64,000 nucleotides of DNA from the NCBI GenBank assembly GCA_963674865.2, contig CAXXYE010000010.1, forward strand, positions 1 to 64,000, read 5' to 3'. Positions 59,045-64,000 of this stretch are shown one piece after another. A program made the translations under genes and the position numbers. Every line of letters starts with the position of its first letter. Positions within the stretch are counted from its first letter, which is position 1. The stretch comes from Candidatus Hydrogenedentota bacterium. Its GTDB lineage: Bacteria > Hydrogenedentota > Hydrogenedentia > Hydrogenedentales > SLHB01. The notes under the pieces were generated by a model, which saw only the letters and a program-made list of their open reading frames with translations, was not told the origin of the DNA and did no database searches.

Positions 59045-60736
59045 ATGCCACCAAGAGTTGTAGCGCCCTTTTCCGAGCGTGGGTTTAGCTTTCTTGCCGC
59101 AGGCCTAATCATTCTGACGGGCGTGCTCGCCTATTCGAACACCTTCGCGAATGGATTCGTGTGGGATGACGCCTCTTCAGTACTTCTCCACGAGCACGTG
59201 CGGCAGCCCAGCAAGTTCTTCCAGCTATTCCGTGAAGATCAGCACGCCTTTGGCCGTGGCCAAGGCAACTTCTACCGCCCCCTGCTCTCGGCCAGCTTCA
59301 TGCTCGACTATGCTCTTTCACGTCCCGACGATCCGTCCTCGGAGCCTAGCCCATTTCTTTTCCACTGCTCGAGTCTTGCTTGGCATATCCTGGCTACGCT
59401 CTTTTTGTTTGCCCTTTTGACCAGACTCGGCGCTCCTCGCTTCGTCCGCCTCATCGCGCCGCTACTCTACGTTGTCCATCCCCTACATACGGAGGCTGTC
59501 ACCTACATCAGTGGCCGCGCCGATTCAATGGCTGCAGCCTTCATGTTCGCCGGGCTCTGGACGTCGATGTGGGACGAATCTCGCCGTCGGCTCATCGTAG
59601 GCCATATTCTCACCCCCCTGTGTTTCATAGCCGCGCTTCTCAGCAAGGAATCCGCCGCCATTTTCCCGGCCCTGTTGCTCTTGTTTGCCCTTATCCGGCC
59701 CCGCACCCCCGCCGAATCTCAGACACACAGGCCCCTTCTGTGGCGTGCGCTCTTGGTAGGGACCTGCGTGGCACTCCTCGCCGTCTATGTCACGCTCCGC
59801 ATGACCGTCTTGCACTTCGCTCCCGCCGCCAATGGGGCGGGCCACCCATTGACGCACCGCCTGACTGAGGCAAGTCAGGCCTTGGCGGCCTATTCCCGGC
59901 TCTTTTTTGTGCCCACAGGCCTGCATATGGAGCGCACCCTGGCCGGCATGCCTGCATGGGGCGCTGCCTTTGGGGCGATCCTCATTGCCATCCTGGTCGT
60001 GGTCGCCGTTTTCGCCTTTCTCCGAGGAAAACGCCGGCTCGTGCTGGCGCTTGGCTTGTTCGGCGTGGCCTGGCTCCCGGTGTCCGGAATTATCCCTCTC
60101 AACGCGCCCATGGCCGAACACTGGATGTACGTTCCTCTAGCCGGCATCCTATGGGCGCTGGCGGAGCTTCTTGAGCCCTTGAACCGCCGCCCGCGGACGG
60201 CCCCCATCGTCGCCGTGGGCGTCCTGGCCTTGGCCGTTGCCTACGTTGCCCTTACCGTGGATAGGAATCAGGACTGGCGCGACAACGCGAGTATCTACCG
60301 AGCCACGCTCGATGAGAACCCCTGGTCGGCCCGCGTCAATTTTAACCTGGCCGTCACGTACGACAGCATGGTCGGCAACAGTCCGGGCGCGCGACGCCAC
60401 TACGAGTGGTTTCTGCGTCTCTACGAGATGCACTGGGCGCCGAATCAGACGGGCCCTGCCACCGAAGAGGAACTTGAAGCTCACCTTGCCCTCGGCCGCA
60501 TCTACCTTGCCCATCACCGCTACGACGAGGCGGCTGAACACTTCGGCACGATCCTTGGCGTACCGACTAACGGACAGTTCCCGCCTATTGTCCATGAGGC
60601 CGCCCTGGGGCTGGGCAAGTGTCTTCTGGCGCAGGGCCAGATTGATGGCGCCCGGGAGGTGTTCGCGGAAGTCCCTCCCGAGCGTACGGACCTGGCCGTA
60701 GAGATCGACGGCCTCTTGCGAAGAGCCGGCGGATAG
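59045..60736 (+). CDS. TMTC-like membrane glycosyltransferase (putative protein O-mannosyltransferase) with C-terminal TPR
   Basis: FVWDD, YRPL, HPLHTEAV..ISGRAD, SKE and AEHWMYVP, then TPR-like helices. Confidence 0.82.
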   Translation: MPPRVVAPFSERGFSFLAAGLIILTGVLAYSNTFANGFVWDDASSVLLHEHVRQPSKFFQLFREDQHAFGRGQGNFYRPLLSASFMLDYALSRPDDPSSEPSPFLFHCSSLAWHILATLFLFALLTRLGAPRFVRLIAPLLYVVHPLHTEAVTYISGRADSMAAAFMFAGLWTSMWDESRRRLIVGHILTPLCFIAALLSKESAAIFPALLLLFALIRPRTPAESQTHRPLLWRALLVGTCVALLAVYVTLRMTVLHFAPAANGAGHPLTHRLTEASQALAAYSRLFFVPTGLHMERTLAGMPAWGAAFGAILIAILVVVAVFAFLRGKRRLVLALGLFGVAWLPVSGIIPLNAPMAEHWMYVPLAGILWALAELLEPLNRRPRTAPIVAVGVLALAVAYVALTVDRNQDWRDNASIYRATLDENPWSARVNFNLAVTYDSMVGNSPGARRHYEWFLRLYEMHWAPNQTGPATEEELEAHLALGRIYLAHHRYDEAAEHFGTILGVPTNGQFPPIVHEAALGLGKCLLAQGQIDGAREVFAEVPPERTDLAVEIDGLLRRAGG

Positions 60737-60780
60737 AAGAGCCACTCCCGCCCGTCGTATCCGGGCCACCGACGCGCCAC

Positions 60781-60808
60781 TTGCAACGTGCCATATTCCT
60801 GCTATACT
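60781..60808 (+). promoter_or_regulatory. Putative sigma70 promoter TTGCAA-16-(TGc)TATACT
   Basis: About 75 bp upstream of the thermonuclease-like gene. Confidence 0.5.
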
Positions 60809-60882
60809 TAATGTGGACATTTGATGCAGGAGAGTTCTAGCGGCAAGGGTGCTTCTGACACGACCAAAGGGGGTCAGAACCA

Positions 60883-61728
60883 ATGAGATCAGGCTACAAA
60901 GGCATTCTCCCGTGGGTCGCTATACTGGCAATGGGCGCGCCTTGGGTGGCCGCGGAGGAGTTCACGGCCACGGTGGTGCGGGTGATCGACGGCAACACGC
61001 TGGATGTGCAGCGGGAAGAGGACGAGACGGTTCAGATACGACTGTTTGGGGTGGATTGCCCCAATATCGACCAGTCTTTTGGCGCACGCGCCCAGCAATT
61101 CACATCCAGTCTGGTGTTCCAGAAAGAGGTTACTGTGGTCATCGTTGAGGCCGGGCCGGACGGTGCCCTGCAAGCCAAAGTGCTCCGCGCAAGCGGAAGC
61201 CAATTGGCGGAGTTGCTGCTTCGGGCAGGCCTCGCGTGGTGCACAACGGCCAGCAAAGACGACGATGCGCTCCTCGCTTTGCAGAAAGAGGCCCAGGCAA
61301 AGCGTCGAGGCCTTTGGTCCGACCCTCAAGCGGCCGTCGCGCTCAAACTTGCCCCGCCCGTGAGTATAGTGGACGACTCGCCCGTTGTGCAGGACGAAGA
61401 TGAGGATGGCGAAACCATCATCATCAAGGGCAGCAAGCCGCAATCCCATTACTACTACCCGACCTACGCGGCCCCGGGCGGCAAGTCCGGCGCCGACGAC
61501 CAAAGCCGGCGGCGGACTCTCCCGCACGGAAAGGCCAAGGCGGTAGATGAGCGCGAGGGATATCGCAAGCCACCGCCTGGCGCGACCTCGCCGTACAAAA
61601 GGGAGACTCCCAAGTACTACAGGCCCCCCGGCTATCGCACGGATCCCCGCTACGACGTTCAACGTCGGAATCTGCCGTATCGCTACGGGCCTAGGTACAA
61701 CTATCCGTACAGCTATTCCTATCCTTAG
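60883..61728 (+). CDS. Secreted thermonuclease (SNase)-fold protein, likely inactive, with a low-complexity tail
   Basis: VVRVIDGNT, IRLFGVDCP, LLRAGLAW and AQAKRRGLWSD. Confidence 0.85.
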   Translation: MRSGYKGILPWVAILAMGAPWVAAEEFTATVVRVIDGNTLDVQREEDETVQIRLFGVDCPNIDQSFGARAQQFTSSLVFQKEVTVVIVEAGPDGALQAKVLRASGSQLAELLLRAGLAWCTTASKDDDALLALQKEAQAKRRGLWSDPQAAVALKLAPPVSIVDDSPVVQDEDEDGETIIIKGSKPQSHYYYPTYAAPGGKSGADDQSRRRTLPHGKAKAVDEREGYRKPPPGATSPYKRETPKYYRPPGYRTDPRYDVQRRNLPYRYGPRYNYPYSYSYP

Positions 61729-61816
61729 TCCGATGAACGGGCCGCTTCATGAACCGTGGAGGCCGGGCACAGTCCTCGTCTGCAGGAACCGGACACGCAC
61801 CTGAAGGACTCGGAGG

Positions 61817-62548
61817 TTGAAGCAAGACGAATACCGGCTCATGCGGGAGGTGGAGGACGGCCACTGGTGGTACCGGGGATTGCGAGGTATCTTCAGCGAT
61901 TCCCAACGCCGTTGGGGGGCGGCGGAGGGGGCGCGTGTCATCGATGTCGGGTGTGGCACGGGCGCTGTCCTGAGCAGCCTGTCCTTGCCGCAGGGATTCG
62001 GGCTAGACCTTTCCGTTGAGGCGGTTTCCCTATGCCGGGCGAGGGGGCTCTCGACGTGCGTGGCCGCATCGGCGCTGGCCCTGCCGTTTCCAGACGAGTC
62101 CTTCGATATGGGCGTGTCCTTCGATGTACTGCCTCATAAATCAATTCCCGAGAAGGAGTTGCCGCTGCGCGAGATCCGCCGAGTGCTGAGGCCCGAGGGA
62201 GTGCTCTTCCTGAACGTGCCGGCGTATCAGTGGCTTTGGTCTTCTCACGATGCCGCGGTTCACCAAGATCGCCGCTTCACGAAGCGAGAGATCCTGGGCC
62301 GGCTCGACGCCTGCGGATTTCAGCCTCTGTGGGCAACATACTGGAATACGCTGCTTTTTCCTCCGATGGCGGCGGCGCGAGTCTGGCGAAGGATTCGTCC
62401 CCCGTCGGGATCGGACTTCACTGCCGCATCGGGGCGGCGCTTCTCCCGCGTGCTCAGTGCTTTACTCGGCCTTGAGCGGACGCTTCTCCGACGATTCCCG
62501 CTACCCTTTGGACTGTCTGTATTCGCCGTAGCGCGCAAGAGGGGATGA
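61817..62548 (+). CDS. Class I SAM-dependent methyltransferase
   Basis: EDGHWWY, VIDVGCGTG, LPFPDESFD and VPAYQWLWSSHD. Confidence 0.9.
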   Translation: MKQDEYRLMREVEDGHWWYRGLRGIFSDSQRRWGAAEGARVIDVGCGTGAVLSSLSLPQGFGLDLSVEAVSLCRARGLSTCVAASALALPFPDESFDMGVSFDVLPHKSIPEKELPLREIRRVLRPEGVLFLNVPAYQWLWSSHDAAVHQDRRFTKREILGRLDACGFQPLWATYWNTLLFPPMAAARVWRRIRPPSGSDFTAASGRRFSRVLSALLGLERTLLRRFPLPFGLSVFAVARKRG

Positions 62549-62721
62549 GCCTCACACTCGTCTCCGGATAGCTCGCTGGCGTCGCGCACAAGGCGTCGGC
62601 AAACGACTTCGCTCCCCGGTGGTTGTTGTCCGGCGGATGGCTTTCCTGATATGGCCAACGCGCTTTTCTATAAGAGTCTGGGCTGCGGCACTTCTGTCAA
62701 TCCGGCTACCGGGTGTTCCCG

Positions 62722-64000
62722 TCAGCTTTGCGCGTGTTGGTCTTTGTATTGGAGCTGATAGAGCGTGTAATAGAGGCCGCGGCGTGCCAGAAGCTCCTGG
62801 TGCGAGCCCACTTCGCGGATTTCCCCGTGGTGGAGCACGATGATGCGGTCGGCGTTTTGCACAGTCGACAACCGATGGGCGATCACGATGCTCGTGCGGC
62901 CCTCCATCAGACGGCCGACCGCCTCCTGAATGAGATACTCGGTTTCGGTATCCACGCTTGAGGTGGCTTCATCGAGCACGAGGATCTTCGGATCATGCGC
63001 CAGAACTCGCGCAAAAGCCAACAATTGCCGCTGCCCCATGGACAAATTGCAGCCACGCTCTCCCACATCGTAGTCGTATCCGCCGGGCAGTCGATGCACG
63101 AAGGCGGCTACATTGGCGTGCTCGGCGCAGGCGAGGATCCTGTCCTCCCCGAGTCCCTCATTTCCGAGGGATATGTTTTCGCGGATGGAACCGGAGAAGA
63201 GGAACACATCCTGGAGCACAATGCCTATCTGGGTCCTGAGCGAGACTTTCTCGTAGTCGCATACATCGATCCCATCCACGAGAACGCATCCGCGCTGTGC
63301 GTCATAGAAGCGGCTCAATAAGCTGGCAAGAGTCGTCTTTCCCGCTCCCGTGTAGCCGACAATGGCGACGCGCTCGCCCGGTGCGATATCCAGGTCGAGT
63401 CCTTTCACGATCCATTGTCCCGGCTCGTAGGCGAACCAGACACCCTCAAAGGCCACCGCGCCCCGGATGTTCTTGCAGGCGATGGCGTCGTCCTTGTTGG
63501 AGATGTCCTCGGGTGTATCCAGTAGTTTGAAAATGCGCTCGGATGATGCCATGGCCTCGAGGAGTAGGTTGTAACGGTCGGCCAAGGCGCGGATGGGGGA
63601 GAAGAGCCGCTCTGCCCACTGCACAAAGGCAAAGAGCACGCCGACGGACGCGTAGCCTCCAACAATCGACTGCTTCGCCAGTATCTCGAGCCCGCCGTAG
63701 TAGACAATCAGGGCGACAGAGAGCGCGCCAAGGAAGTCAATGACGGGGAAATAAAGCGCGTAGTTTCTGACTTGGCGGAACCATTCGTCCCGGTGCTCCA
63801 CATTGCGTGCGCGGAAGGCTTCGTAGTTGCGGTCTTCTCGGCCAAATATCTGCACTTCCCGCATGCCGGTGACGTTCTCCTGCATGTAGGCGTTGAGGCG
63901 GGCTATCTTCTGGCGAATGGCCAGGTAAGAGCGCCGGGCGTGCTTGCGGAATACCAGGCTCGTGATGAGCACGAAGGGCAATGTGGCAAGTGTGACGAGA
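62722..64000 (-). CDS. ABC exporter, fused permease/ATPase (MdlB/MsbA-like), 5'-truncated by the window edge
   Basis: Walker A GYTGAGKT, LSMGQRQ, ILVLDEATS and AHRLST. Confidence 0.95.
   Translation of the reverse strand, partial: LVTLATLPFVLITSLVFRKHARRSYLAIRQKIARLNAYMQENVTGMREVQIFGREDRNYEAFRARNVEHRDEWFRQVRNYALYFPVIDFLGALSVALIVYYGGLEILAKQSIVGGYASVGVLFAFVQWAERLFSPIRALADRYNLLLEAMASSERIFKLLDTPEDISNKDDAIACKNIRGAVAFEGVWFAYEPGQWIVKGLDLDIAPGERVAIVGYTGAGKTTLASLLSRFYDAQRGCVLVDGIDVCDYEKVSLRTQIGIVLQDVFLFSGSIRENISLGNEGLGEDRILACAEHANVAAFVHRLPGGYDYDVGERGCNLSMGQRQLLAFARVLAHDPKILVLDEATSSVDTETEYLIQEAVGRLMEGRTSIVIAHRLSTVQNADRIIVLHHGEIREVGSHQELLARRGLYYTLYQLQYKDQHAQS

Noticed and set aside
1..64000. CRISPR arrays, tRNA/rRNA genes, prophage, retron/DGR or anti-phage defence genes
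   Set aside because: No repeat-spacer arrays, RNA-gene signatures, reverse transcriptase, integrase or phage genes were recognised

Overview
A high-GC bacterial chromosomal window. The DUF1559/prepilin gene, Tat sulfatase and DUF4838 content suggest a PVC-like lineage or Candidatus Hydrogenedentota (inference only). The left half holds glycan-modification genes (GT4/GT2, flippase, a GT-C-like protein with an ILEI domain), greA-carB, a coupled steroid 5-alpha-reductase-like + 3-beta-HSD/DFR-like pair, an arylsulfatase with a probable MITE just before its start codon, and a cusB-cusA-tolC heavy-metal efflux operon. The middle has secreted proteins, some apparently catalytically degenerate, and a small oxidoreductase operon. 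The right half has a ~14 kb Wzx/Wzy polysaccharide operon on the minus strand (wzz-like, per, gmd, four SAM methyltransferases, a cupin, a prenyltransferase-fold protein, only one glycosyltransferase). It is bounded upstream by an intact IS30 element and downstream by a scar: orphan hicB, a decayed IS at the start of the presumed hicA, and a beta-CASP RNase tail. The best candidates for undescribed biology are the methylated-perosamine glycan locus, the steroid-reduction pair and the secreted pseudoenzymes. All product calls come from motif recognition by eye; no database searches were run.
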